NCBI GenBank assembly: GCA_052326445.1
Contig: JBKQNC010000017.1
Coordinates: 129,227-193,226, forward strand
DNA from: Thermoplasmata archaeon
GTDB lineage: Archaea; Thermoplasmatota; Thermoplasmata; Lutacidiplasmatales; UBA184
DNA length: 64,000 nt
Direction of reading: 5' to 3'
Shown here: positions 18,673 through 28,331 of the stretch, piece after piece
Numbering within the stretch: the stretch's first letter is position 1
Layout: the number at the start of each line of letters is the position of its first letter
Program-made: the position numbers and the translations under genes
The notes under the pieces: model-generated
What the model was told of the DNA's origin: nothing
Seen by the model: only the letters and a program-made list of their open reading frames with translations
Database searches by the model: none

Positions 18673-19499
18673 GCCCCACCCTCCCGTTCCGCCCGTCCCG
18701 CCCCGTACCCCCGGGGGTCGATCGTGACGGGGGAGAATCCGAGGGCGCCTACCTCGGCCAGGACCTCGGCGGCGGTCACCGGGAGAGTGAGACGAGGCAC
18801 CTCGTCCGGGTCGACCTCGATGCGGGCGGCCCCGTTCTGGACCCGAACCCGGACCCGGCGGAACCCCCGACCCCGGAGGACCGTCTCGGCCGCCTCGATC
18901 CGAGCGAGCAGCGGCGCGTCGATCGCATCCCCATGGCTGACTCGGGAGGCGAGGCAGGCATCCGACGGTTGGTCGGCGTTCGGCAGGCCCCGAAGGCGAG
19001 CGACCCGGCGGACCTCGGACTTGGTCCAGCCCCCCCAGGCCAGCGGATGCTCGAACCCCGCCTCGTTCATGGCCCTCAATCCGGGTCGGTCATCCCGAAG
19101 GTCGTCCGCGTGGACTCCGTCCAGGTACTGGAGGATCCCCCGGGCATCGCCGAACTCGCGGAGGCGATGGGTCTCGACGGAGCGGCAGAAGTAGCACCGG
19201 TCGCTCGGGTTCGCGCGGTACTCTGCGTTCTCGAGCGGGTTGGCCGACACTACGTGATGCTCGATCCCGATCGTCCGAGCGACCTTCCCGGCGCGCTCCG
19301 TCTCGGCCTGGGAGACCGCCGGGCCCGTCAGGGTGACGGCGACGGCGGCCCGGCCCAGTGCCTCGAAGGCTAGCGACGCGACCAGGGCGGAGTCGACGCC
19401 GCCCGACAGGGCGACCAGGGCCGGACCGCCCGCCCGGATGCGGTCGACGAGCGTCCGCTCCCCGACCGGAAGTGACGTCGACGGAACCGACTCGACCAC
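18669..19499 (-). CDS. larE: LarE-family PP-loop sulfur transferase
   Basis: SGGVDS PP-loop, NP.DRCYFCR, DDRPG, PS.ACLASR, RVRVR...ARIEV. Confidence 0.88.
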   Translation of the reverse strand: MVESVPSTSLPVGERTLVDRIRAGGPALVALSGGVDSALVASLAFEALGRAAVAVTLTGPAVSQAETERAGKVARTIGIEHHVVSANPLENAEYRANPSDRCYFCRSVETHRLREFGDARGILQYLDGVHADDLRDDRPGLRAMNEAGFEHPLAWGGWTKSEVRRVARLRGLPNADQPSDACLASRVSHGDAIDAPLLARIEAAETVLRGRGFRRVRVRVQNGAARIEVDPDEVPRLTLPVTAAEVLAEVGALGFSPVTIDPRGYGAGRAEREGGA

Positions 19500-19576
19500 G
19501 GAGCGTCCGGCACCCGCCCGATAGGGAAAACGGTATCTCTCAGGGCCGTGCGTTAGGCCCGGGAAAGGGTCCGACC

Positions 19577-20014
19577 ATGCAGGCCGTGCGAGAGGGAACG
19601 AAGTGGGTGCTCCGACTTGAGGAAGGCCAGGATCTGTTCGAGACGCTCAGTGCCTTCGCCGAGAAGGAGCAACTGCGGGCCGCCGCGGTACTGTTCGGGA
19701 TCGGGATGTTCCGTCGCGCGACGTTCGGCTACTGGGACGGGACCCGGTACCAGCCCCACGAACTGACGATCCCGCACGAAGTTGTCGCTCTCCACGGGAC
19801 CATCGCCTGGGCCGACGGTCATCCATCGATCCACCTGCACGGCGCCGTGGCGGGGCCGGACCACCATCTCGTGGGCGGCCACCTCATCCGGGCGACGGTC
19901 GGCATCCTCCAGGAGGTCGTCCTCGAGACCTTCCCGTCCCACTCGTTCGACCGCCCCCTCGAGGAGAGCATCGGACTTCGCATCCTGGACCTCGAGGCCC
20001 GTCCGAAGCACTAG
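19577..20014 (+). CDS. PPC/DUF296-domain protein
   Basis: VLRLEEGQDL, GIG, EVVALHGTI, HLH, VGGHL. Confidence 0.85.
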   Translation: MQAVREGTKWVLRLEEGQDLFETLSAFAEKEQLRAAAVLFGIGMFRRATFGYWDGTRYQPHELTIPHEVVALHGTIAWADGHPSIHLHGAVAGPDHHLVGGHLIRATVGILQEVVLETFPSHSFDRPLEESIGLRILDLEARPKH

Positions 20015-20063
20015 GGCGTCCGACACCCCTTTCCGTCCGCTCCGGGTCACCGCCGCTCCATCC

Positions 20064-22913
20064 ATGGCGTTCGACGTGCGCTCCCTCCTTCCGGGCATCG
20101 ACCCGCGCCTCGCGGAAGCGGTCGCCCGCCGCGGGATCCGCGAACCGACGGAGATCCAGCGGCTCGCCCTTCCGCTCCTCAACGGGACCGCCGACGCCCT
20201 CCTGCTCTCCCCGACCGGGACCGGGAAGACCGAGGCCGCGCTGTTGCCGCTCCTTTCGCGACGGCTCACGGACCCCACGCCCCCGATCTCGATCCTGTAC
20301 GTGACGCCGCTCCGGGCCCTCAACCGGGACCTCGAGCACCGCTTGGTCGCGCTGGTCGAGGAAGTGGGACTGACCGCGGCGGTCCGTCACGGGGACACGA
20401 CGCAATCGGCTAGACTCGCCCAATCCCATCGCCCTCCGGACCTCCTTCTCACCACGCCGGAGACGCTCCAGATCCTGCTCGTGGGGCGTCGCCTGAGGGA
20501 GTCGCTGCGCAACGTCCGTACGGTGATCGTGGACGAGATCCACGAGCTCGTCGGCTCGGACCGCGGCGCCCAACTCGGGCTCACCCTCGAGCGATTGGAC
20601 GCGCTCACGGGCCGCCGCGTCCGTCGGATCGGGCTCTCGGCGACGGTCGGCAACCCCGCGGAGGTCGCCCGGTTCCTCGCGCCCCCACCCCGCGCCGTTG
20701 AGGTGAGGACGGCCGAGTCCCGGCGCGAGCTCGAGCTGTTCGCCCGCCGTCCGGACGACGAGTACCCCGCGCTCAACCCGGAGCTGGTCAGTGACCTCAA
20801 GGCCGACCCGACGCTGCTCGCGGGGCTCCGGGCGGTCGAGGCCGAGATCCGGGCGCATTCAACGACGCTCATCTTCGTCAACACACGGCCCACCGCGGAA
20901 GGACTCGCGGCCCGGCTGGGATTGCTCGCGCCCGACCTGACCGTCGCCGTGCACCACGGGTCGCTCTCCCGGGAGATGCGGGAGGAGGCCGAGAAGGCGT
21001 TCCGGGACGGACGTCTCCGGGCGCTCGTCGCCACCTCCTCGCTCGAGCTCGGCATCGACATCGGCGGGATCGACCACGTCGTCCAGTTCGGCTCCCCCCA
21101 TCAGGTCGGTCGGCTCGTCCAGCGGGTCGGGCGCTCCGGTCATCGCTCGGACCGCATCATCCACGGTACCGTCCTCGCGCTCGACAACGACGACCTCGAG
21201 GAGGCGGCCGTGCTCGCCCGCCGGGCGGACGAGGGGTTGATCGAACCCGCCGCGTGGCGTACCCGGAACCGGCTCGCCGCCGCCCAGCAGGTCGTCGCGA
21301 CGCTGCGGGCGGAGGGACCGACGGAACCCGACCGCCTGGTCGAGGTGCTCGGACACGCGGAAGCGGTGCGCGACCTCTCCCGGCCCGACTGGAACGCTCT
21401 CTTCGATTACCTCGTGGAACTCCGCCTGGCGAAGCGCCAGGACGACGGAAAGATCGCGCCGGGGCGGGGCACCCTCGCCCGATTCTACGCCTCCCTATCG
21501 CTCATTCCCGACGAGCGCACGTACCGCCTGCGCGACATCGCCACGCGGCGCCTGATCGGGACGCTCGACGAGCGGTTCGTCCTAACTCAGATCCTCGCCC
21601 AGCCCGAGGAGATCTTCCTGCTGCACGGCCGCACATGGAAGGTCGTGGAATACCGGGACGGCGAGCTCTTGGTCGAGACCGTGAAGGAGATCGGGGCCGA
21701 GCCGCGATGGGCGGGAGAAGACCTCCCGGTCCCGTTCGACGTGGCCCAGGAGATCGGTCGACTCCGCCGCGAGGGAGGGTTCGAACGGTACCCCCTGAGC
21801 CCGGCGGACGCCGCGCGCCTCACGGGGCGACGGGACGCTGCGATCGCCGCCGAGGCCCTGCCCACGGACCGGCGGGTCACCGTCACCGCCCGCGGTCGGG
21901 TGGTCGTCTACGGGGCGTGCTTCGGCACCCGGACGAACGAGACGCTCGCCCTCGCGGTCGCCGGAGTGCTGACCGCCCGCCTCGGCGCCCGGACCGAGGT
22001 GATCTCGGTCGAACCGACCTGGTTCGTCCTCGAGCTCCCCGTCGCGGTCGACGGGCCCACGCTGGTCGACGCCTTCTCGACCGACCCGGATTCGCTGCTC
22101 CCGCTCGTCGAACGGCTCGTCCCGAGCGGCCTCGATTATCGCTGGGTCTTCCTCGCCGTCGCGCGCAAGCTGGGGGTGATCCCGGCGACCGCCGACCCGC
22201 GCGACCTCCGGACCCTCGAGCCCCTCCTGGAACAGAGCCGGACCAACCCGCTCGGGGAGGAGACGCTCGACAAGACCCTCCACGACCGGTTCGACGTGGA
22301 GCACGCCCGCGGCATCCTCGTGCGGGTCCGGTCCGGCGCGATGGAGGTCGTCGCGACCCCGCCGTCGGCGCTGACGGACGGGCCCCTCGAGCGACTGCGC
22401 TGGCGGGCGGTCTCGGACACTCCGCCCCCCACCCTCTTGAAGGCGGTCCGGGAACGGCTCGCCAAGGAGCCGCTCGTCCTCGTCTGCCTGCGATGCGGAT
22501 TCCAGCGCGAGACCACGCCGACCAGATACCAGAAGGAGGGAGGGAGCCGCTGCCTCCTGTGTCGCGGCTCGCTCTCCGCCGTGCTCTCTCCCCGGCGGGA
22601 GAAGGACATCGAACGGCTCGTCCAGTACGCCAAGAAGAAGTGGAAACCCCAGGGGAAGACGACCAAGCGGGCGCCCCGCAAGGAGCGCGCCCCTTCCCCC
22701 GAGCTAGAGTCGCTCGTCCGGACCGGCTACACTTCAGCGGAGCTCGTCGCCCACTACGGAGAACGGGCCCTGTATGCGCTCGCGGCCCGGGGGATCGGGC
22801 CCGAAACCGCACGGCGTCTGCTCGCCCGACTCTACCGGGACCAGGATGCGTTCTTCACGGAGATCCTCCGGGCCGAGCGGAGCTACGCCAAGACGCGCGC
22901 CTTCTGGGACTGA
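20064..22913 (+). CDS. lhr: Lhr-family SF2 helicase with C-terminal Zn finger
   Basis: PTEIQ, PTGTGKTEAA, DEIHEL, LSAT, HHGSLS, SSLELGID, QRVGRSGH; CLRC...CLLC; start at ATG 20064. Confidence 0.92.
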   Translation: MAFDVRSLLPGIDPRLAEAVARRGIREPTEIQRLALPLLNGTADALLLSPTGTGKTEAALLPLLSRRLTDPTPPISILYVTPLRALNRDLEHRLVALVEEVGLTAAVRHGDTTQSARLAQSHRPPDLLLTTPETLQILLVGRRLRESLRNVRTVIVDEIHELVGSDRGAQLGLTLERLDALTGRRVRRIGLSATVGNPAEVARFLAPPPRAVEVRTAESRRELELFARRPDDEYPALNPELVSDLKADPTLLAGLRAVEAEIRAHSTTLIFVNTRPTAEGLAARLGLLAPDLTVAVHHGSLSREMREEAEKAFRDGRLRALVATSSLELGIDIGGIDHVVQFGSPHQVGRLVQRVGRSGHRSDRIIHGTVLALDNDDLEEAAVLARRADEGLIEPAAWRTRNRLAAAQQVVATLRAEGPTEPDRLVEVLGHAEAVRDLSRPDWNALFDYLVELRLAKRQDDGKIAPGRGTLARFYASLSLIPDERTYRLRDIATRRLIGTLDERFVLTQILAQPEEIFLLHGRTWKVVEYRDGELLVETVKEIGAEPRWAGEDLPVPFDVAQEIGRLRREGGFERYPLSPADAARLTGRRDAAIAAEALPTDRRVTVTARGRVVVYGACFGTRTNETLALAVAGVLTARLGARTEVISVEPTWFVLELPVAVDGPTLVDAFSTDPDSLLPLVERLVPSGLDYRWVFLAVARKLGVIPATADPRDLRTLEPLLEQSRTNPLGEETLDKTLHDRFDVEHARGILVRVRSGAMEVVATPPSALTDGPLERLRWRAVSDTPPPTLLKAVRERLAKEPLVLVCLRCGFQRETTPTRYQKEGGSRCLLCRGSLSAVLSPRREKDIERLVQYAKKKWKPQGKTTKRAPRKERAPSPELESLVRTGYTSAELVAHYGERALYALAARGIGPETARRLLARLYRDQDAFFTEILRAERSYAKTRAFWD

Positions 22914-23987
22914 TCATTCGGTGGCCAGGGCCCGTGCGACCGTCTCGACGACGGAGCGGGGAGCGTCCGTGCGGAACGCCCCGGCCCGGGCGTGGGTCGG
23001 CGCCGCCCGGTACCCGCGCGCCGAGAGCCGGCTGACGTACGAGGCGAGCGACCCCGGGGACCCCAGGCCGAGGGCGCCCGCGAGCTCGTTCGCCTCGTAG
23101 TAGAAGGGCCGGTCGACCTCCACCTCCCCCCGGAGCTTCGCCAGGAAGGGTTCGACCTCCCGCGGGTGCGACGCCGTCGGAGGGAGTTCCAGACGGGAAA
23201 CGAGTCCCGGATCGAAGAGGGGTCCGAGCCAGAGCGGCCCGTACGGGGCACCAGTGCCCACCACCGGACCGGTCCACGTCGTCGGGTCGATCGTCCCGAC
23301 CGGGTCCTCCCTCGGGGAGAGGTCCCCCACCTCCACGTACGCACGGAGATGGTGGTCGCGGACGTAGGCCAGGAGGGGGCGCACGCCCCGGCCGCGCCGT
23401 CGGCCCATCGCAGCCAGGTTCGCGAGCAGGATTCGAAGGCCCCCCTCCGGTCCCAAACGACCCCGGACCGGACGCGCCCCGTAGCGGCGTTCGCACGCGC
23501 CTGGTTGGACACCGGCGAGCACCATGAGGTCGGTGGCCGTGACGGCGAGGACTCCGCCCGGCCGGACTGCGCCGATCGCGAGGTCGAGGAACGAGAGGGG
23601 AGAGCCGTAGGGGTCGAGGTCGACGTAGTCGAACGGCGCTCCTTCGGGAAGCCCATGGGCGTCGGCGACGACCACCCGGGTCCCGGGGACCTTCGCCGCG
23701 TTCTGCTGGAGCACTGCGGCGGCCTCCGGGTTGGCCTCCGTCAACAGAAAGGAGTGGAACCCCTTCCCTTCCTGGACGACCCGCAGGCCCCGGGCCCCGG
23801 TGGCGGCCAGCATGTCCCAGCCGGACCCCGTGCCCGTCGGGAAGCGGGCCCGCACGAACGCGACGGCGAGGTCGCGGTCCACGGCCATCGCTGGGTTGTA
23901 GAAGACCGGAGCACGCGACCTCGGCCCCCGTCCCGGAGCGACGGCGGGGAGGAGGAGGTCGGTTCCTCCCTCCCGGCTCCAGACTAG
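22914..23987 (-). CDS. trm1: tRNA (guanine26-N2)-dimethyltransferase; start codon unclear
   Basis: PVFYNP.M..DRD, D.LAATGARGLR, YVDLDPYGSP, VTATD, E.GLRIL, GPLWLGPL, RTDAP. No ATG/GTG/TTG ahead of VFYNP (see findings). Confidence 0.85.
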   Translation of the reverse strand, partial: LVWSREGGTDLLLPAVAPGRGPRSRAPVFYNPAMAVDRDLAVAFVRARFPTGTGSGWDMLAATGARGLRVVQEGKGFHSFLLTEANPEAAAVLQQNAAKVPGTRVVVADAHGLPEGAPFDYVDLDPYGSPLSFLDLAIGAVRPGGVLAVTATDLMVLAGVQPGACERRYGARPVRGRLGPEGGLRILLANLAAMGRRRGRGVRPLLAYVRDHHLRAYVEVGDLSPREDPVGTIDPTTWTGPVVGTGAPYGPLWLGPLFDPGLVSRLELPPTASHPREVEPFLAKLRGEVEVDRPFYYEANELAGALGLGSPGSLASYVSRLSARGYRAAPTHARAGAFRTDAPRSVVETVARALATE

Positions 23988-24541
23988 TGGGTCTGTCCGG
24001 TGATCAGGTGGACGATCTTGAACGCGAGCAGGTTCTTGTTGACGGGCGTCACTTCGAGGAGTCGTAGTTCGTCCCTCCGCCGGATGTCCTGGAGAAGAGG
24101 GTTCCGGGACTTCTTGTGGAGGGTCATGATGATCGACTTCTTCGCGTCCAGGGTGTCGACGACGCTCTTGGTGAAGGTGTCGCTCTCGACCTCCATCTTG
24201 CCGACCTCGTCGATGACGATGACGTCCGCGGACTCGCGCGCTTCCGCGAGCGCCCGGATCCCGAGCCCCTCCAGCGCGGCGAGGTTGACCCCGAACCGCC
24301 CGGACCGGACCCGCGACTTCATCGTCTCGTGGGCGAAGACCTCGTGTTCCTTGGTGAGCCAGTTCGTGATCTGGAATCCGGTGCGCCGCTGCTTCTCGAC
24401 GATCGGCTCGGTGACCATCCCGCCGACGACCACGCCCTCCTCCTCGAGAAGCTGGATGATCCGTAGGAGGGTTTGCGTCTTCCCGGATCCGGGGAGGCCG
24501 GTGATTCCAATCTTTACAGGTGCGGACAAGCGACGGGCCAT
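23984..24541 (-). CDS. NTPase (THEP1/COG1618 family)
   Basis: KIGITGLPGSGKT, GGMVT, RTGF, VIVIDEVGKME. Confidence 0.9.
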   Translation of the reverse strand: MARRLSAPVKIGITGLPGSGKTQTLLRIIQLLEEEGVVVGGMVTEPIVEKQRRTGFQITNWLTKEHEVFAHETMKSRVRSGRFGVNLAALEGLGIRALAEARESADVIVIDEVGKMEVESDTFTKSVVDTLDAKKSIIMTLHKKSRNPLLQDIRRRDELRLLEVTPVNKNLLAFKIVHLITGQTH

Positions 24542-24593
24542 GCAGAAGAACCCCGGGGGCGGCTTCATCTAGGGCGCGAGCGAATAAGAGAGC

Positions 24594-25232
24594 ATGCCGA
24601 CCATGCCTCACGGTCACACCCCACCTACTTCGCCCGAAATCGTCGGGGATACCGGTCGCCTCGTCTACCCGGCCCGCGAGGATACCTTCCTCCTCCTCCC
24701 CTTCGCCCAGGTCCCTCGAGGCACTTCGTTCCTGGAGGTGGGCACCGGCTCCGGCCTGATCGCGCTCGAGGCGGCCCGGCACGGCGCCCGGGTCGTGGCG
24801 ACCGACCGCAACCCCCACGCGCTCCGCCACCTGGCCCGTCTGGCACGAATCCAGCGCCTTCCGGTCGAAGCGGTGCGGACCGACCTCGCCCGTGGGCTCG
24901 GCCGGTTCGACCGGGTCGTGTTCAATCCCCCGTACCTGCCCACCCGTCCGGAGGAACGGGACCCGAACCGCTGGCACAACCTCGCGCTCGACGGGGGAGC
25001 GGACGGGTGCCGCGTGGCGGCGCGTTGGATGGCGGAGTTGGCCGACCACCTCACTCCCCGCGGGGAAGGATTCCTGATCGCCTCGACCGTGCAATCTCCC
25101 TCCGCGCAAGCGGCCTTGTGGGCCGCCTGGCGCGCCGGCGGAGGAAGCGCCGAGGTCGTCGCGGAGCGCCCGCTCGAAGGAGAGCGGCTCGAGGTCTGGA
25201 AACTCGTCCCGGCGCGGCCGCGGCCCGTCTAG
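24594..25232 (+). CDS. HemK2/Mtq2-like SAM methyltransferase
   Basis: VYPAREDTFLL, LEVGTGSG, FNPPY, ALDGG.DG. Confidence 0.88.
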   Translation: MPTMPHGHTPPTSPEIVGDTGRLVYPAREDTFLLLPFAQVPRGTSFLEVGTGSGLIALEAARHGARVVATDRNPHALRHLARLARIQRLPVEAVRTDLARGLGRFDRVVFNPPYLPTRPEERDPNRWHNLALDGGADGCRVAARWMAELADHLTPRGEGFLIASTVQSPSAQAALWAAWRAGGGSAEVVAERPLEGERLEVWKLVPARPRPV

Positions 25233-26059
25233 CCGCGCTGCGCGGCGTAGTCGAGCACGGCTTCGAGGAAGATCCGGCCGTCCCCGAACCCCTCGGGGCC
25301 CCCCGTTCGGGTCCAGTCGGGGGCCTGGGCTCGGAAGAACGAACGCTCGGGGTGCGGCATCAGGCCGAAGACGTTCCCTTCGGGGTTGGTGAGCCCGGCC
25401 ACGTTCCCCTCGGAGCCGTTCGGGTTCCAGGGGTACGTCGGGGCGCTTCCGTCGGGCGCGACCCAACGGAAGAGGATCTGCCCGGCGCTCTCGAGTTCCC
25501 TCAAACGCGTCGGTCCGTCCCCGGCGAGGACGAGCTTTCCCTCTCCATGGGCGGACGGGAACAGGAACCGGGTCCCGCGTGGGAGCTTCGCGAGCGGGGC
25601 GAACGCGCCACCCTCCCAGGAGACGAACGTCGGCCGGCACTCGAAGTGGCCAGAGTCGTTGGTCATGAGCGCCGCCTCCGGTCGACCGAGACGCCCTCCC
25701 GGGCGCCCGGGAAGCAGTCCGAGTTCCGTGATCACTTGGAATCCGTTGCAGATCCCGGCGACGATCCGGCCCTCCCGGACGAACTTCTCGAGCTCGGGTC
25801 CGATCGCCGCTCGCACCCGGGCCGCGAAGATCGCCCCGGCCCGGACGTAGTCACCCGCCGAGAACCCGCCGGGAACGAACAGGGCCGCATAGTCCGAGAG
25901 CTGGCGGCGTTCGGACGGGGTGACCTCCCGGCCTTCGAGCTGCTTCAGGTGGACCACCTCGGCGCGGGCACCGAGATGTTCGAGCGCGACCTGGAGCTCC
26001 CGGTCGCAGTTCGTCCCCTCGATGGACAGGATCGCGACCGGAAGGTTCCGCCGGGCCAC
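25229..26059 (-). CDS. purQ: FGAM synthase glutaminase subunit
   Basis: EGTNCDRE, PGGFSAGDY, GICNGFQ, AHGEG, NPNGS, MPHPER; GTG start at 26059. Confidence 0.95.
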   Translation of the reverse strand: MARRNLPVAILSIEGTNCDRELQVALEHLGARAEVVHLKQLEGREVTPSERRQLSDYAALFVPGGFSAGDYVRAGAIFAARVRAAIGPELEKFVREGRIVAGICNGFQVITELGLLPGRPGGRLGRPEAALMTNDSGHFECRPTFVSWEGGAFAPLAKLPRGTRFLFPSAHGEGKLVLAGDGPTRLRELESAGQILFRWVAPDGSAPTYPWNPNGSEGNVAGLTNPEGNVFGLMPHPERSFFRAQAPDWTRTGGPEGFGDGRIFLEAVLDYAAQRG

Positions 26060-26082
26060 GCTCGGAAAAGAGGCCCGGAGCC

Positions 26083-27345
26083 TTAACGGTTCCCGGCGGC
26101 CGGAGCGTCCTCCGGTCCGAGCGGGGCTCGAAGCCAGTGGACGCGGAGGCGCGCGCCGGCCCGGAGACGGCTTCGCCCCGGCGGGAGCACGACGAAGCCC
26201 TGAGCCCCGGTCATGCTCGTGATGGAGGAGGAGCCGTGGTAGGTCGAATAGGCTCGGCCGTTCCGAAGGGTGAGCGGGACGACCGTCGCCAAACCGGGGG
26301 TCGGGGCGAGCACCCCCCGTCCGAGGGGAACGGTCGCGTCCGTCCAGGGAGAGCCGGGGCGCCGGGCGAGCCGGTGCAGGAGGGGGATCACCAGCCAGTA
26401 GGTGTTGGCGAGGCAGGACGACGGGTGTCCGGGAAGGCCGAGGATCAGTTTCCCTCGGGCGACCGCGGCGAGGGTCGGCTTGCCGGGTCGCACCGCGATA
26501 CCGTGGAACAAGAGGCGTCCGACTCGGGGGAGTACCCGGGGCAAGAGGTCCCGCTCTCCGACGGAGCTCCCTCCTGTGGCCAGGACCAGGTCGGACGTGG
26601 CCAGGGCCCGACGCAGGCTCGCCTCGATCCTCCGCGGGTCGTCCGGAACGGGGGGGAGCGGGCGAGGGATCCCGCCGGCCGCGGTCACGATCGCGGAGAG
26701 GGTGACGTTGTTGCTCTCGTAGATGCTCCCGGCGCGGGACGGTCGACCGGGCAGGATCAGCTCGTTGCCGTTCGGAACGATCGACACGACGGGGCGGGCG
26801 TAGCACGGGACGGAAGCGAACCCACAGCCCGCGAGGGCGCCGAGCGTCGCCGGGCCGAGCTCCTCGCCGGGGCGCACGAGGGTCGTCCCCTTCGGAAAGT
26901 CGTCCCCGGCAGGGGCGATGCGGTCTCCCCGGATCACTGGGTGGGGAACGGAGACCCACCGACCGTCCCGTTCGACCTCCTCGAAGATGACGACCCCATC
27001 CGCTCCCCGCGGGAGCGCGGCCCCTGTCGCGATCGCGACGGATTCCCCCGAGGCGAGCGGTCGAGAGAATCGACCCTCGGCGTAGACGTCCCCCACGACC
27101 TTCAGGCGAACGGGCCGGGAGGCTCGGGCGGACCGGGTGTCGACGCTCCGGACCGCGTACCCGTCCCACGTGGCTCGGGCGAACGACGGCACCGCACGTG
27201 GGGCCGTGATCCGACGGGCGGAGATCCGCCCGAATCCGGACGTAACGGGCACGTCCTCGATGCGGGTGATCGGTCGAGCCGCACTGAGCAGCCGGTGCTG
27301 GGCCACCCACATCGGGATCAGCCGGCCGAATGCGTGCATCTCCAT
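26083..27345 (-). CDS. moeA: Molybdopterin molybdotransferase
   Basis: F.RATWDGYAV, IATGA.LP.GAD.V, GNEL, IYESN, TGGSSVG, RPGKP, GLPGHP.S. Confidence 0.92.
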   Translation of the reverse strand: MEMHAFGRLIPMWVAQHRLLSAARPITRIEDVPVTSGFGRISARRITAPRAVPSFARATWDGYAVRSVDTRSARASRPVRLKVVGDVYAEGRFSRPLASGESVAIATGAALPRGADGVVIFEEVERDGRWVSVPHPVIRGDRIAPAGDDFPKGTTLVRPGEELGPATLGALAGCGFASVPCYARPVVSIVPNGNELILPGRPSRAGSIYESNNVTLSAIVTAAGGIPRPLPPVPDDPRRIEASLRRALATSDLVLATGGSSVGERDLLPRVLPRVGRLLFHGIAVRPGKPTLAAVARGKLILGLPGHPSSCLANTYWLVIPLLHRLARRPGSPWTDATVPLGRGVLAPTPGLATVVPLTLRNGRAYSTYHGSSSITSMTGAQGFVVLPPGRSRLRAGARLRVHWLRAPLGPEDAPAAGNR

Positions 27346-27357
27346 GCTGAGTCCCTC

Positions 27358-28269
27358 CTACCGAGCTCCCTCGATCCATCGGGCCGCGGCCCGGGTCCCG
27401 GCCTCGAGACACCCCACGAGCGGCGCGCCCTCGAACCAGCCGGCGTAAAAGCCTCCTCGGAACGCGTCCCCCGCGCCGACCATCGTGCGGCGCCGCTTCG
27501 GGTGACGCGCCGCCACATGGAGGGCTCCCCGCCGCGAGTAGGCAGTCACGCCCTTCGACCCTTCGGTACAGATCACGAGGGGAACCTGGTCGAGAAGGGC
27601 CGCCGGAGCAGGGAGCCCCAAAAGTTCGACCGCGCGGTCGACCTCCGAGCGGTTGCCGAAGAACAGTTCGGATGCGGCGAGGAGCCGCCGCAAGAGCGGC
27701 GCGCTCCAGCGGTAGTGGATCTCCTGCGCCGGATCGGCAGCCACGCGAAGCCCCCGGGCCCGCGCGGCGTCGACCAGCCGGAGGTGGAGCGAGGGTGGAC
27801 CCGTCGTGACATGCAGCCAGGAATACTCACTGAGACCCGGCGGCACGCGGAAGGGCGGGACGGGGCGATCCGCCATCGGACCTTGGTCGATCAGCGTGCG
27901 CTGGGTCCCGTGGGAATCCTCCACGATGTAGCACGTCGGGGTCGCCCGACCGGGCGTTCGGGTGACCCCGCGAAGGTCGATGGCCGCCCGCCGCAGCGGC
28001 GCCTCGAGGGACGAGGTGAATCCGTCGCCCACCCGCGCGACCAGGCCGCACGCGACCCCGTACCGGGTGGCGGTCAGCGCGATGTTGGCCGCCGTCCCGC
28101 CCAGCTCGGAGCGGGACGCATCGATGGGGACGGTGCGGTCGACCTCCGGGAACTCCGTAACGCTCAGGAACCGGTCGACATTGATGTGCCCCGCGACCAG
28201 GAGGTCCCGGGGCCGGTCGGGCACGACGGACCGTGCGGAGGCATCCCGGAAGGAGGTCGACGCGCGCAT
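27358..28269 (-). CDS. PfkB-family (nucleoside/sugar) kinase
   Basis: GGTAANIA, N..E, GAGDAFRGGF. Confidence 0.88.
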   Translation of the reverse strand: MRASTSFRDASARSVVPDRPRDLLVAGHINVDRFLSVTEFPEVDRTVPIDASRSELGGTAANIALTATRYGVACGLVARVGDGFTSSLEAPLRRAAIDLRGVTRTPGRATPTCYIVEDSHGTQRTLIDQGPMADRPVPPFRVPPGLSEYSWLHVTTGPPSLHLRLVDAARARGLRVAADPAQEIHYRWSAPLLRRLLAASELFFGNRSEVDRAVELLGLPAPAALLDQVPLVICTEGSKGVTAYSRRGALHVAARHPKRRRTMVGAGDAFRGGFYAGWFEGAPLVGCLEAGTRAAARWIEGAR

Positions 28270-28331
28270 GCCGATGCGAACGGCACGCGGGCTCGCCCTT
28301 AAACGGCGCTGGCCCTCCGGCGTCGGCAGTC

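Noticed and set aside
15028..19194. 1388-aa plus-strand ORF and other very long ORFs (e.g. 45637-48219, 52829-55276, 26137-28302)
   Set aside because: Shadow or antisense frames of well-supported genes; long stop-free frames are expected at this GC and the products have no motifs.
24000..25640. Upstream ~550 aa of the 908-aa ORF as a large Trm1 fusion
   Set aside because: Overlaps the NTPase in another frame and HemK2/purQ; sequence is R/P/G-rich and motif-free.
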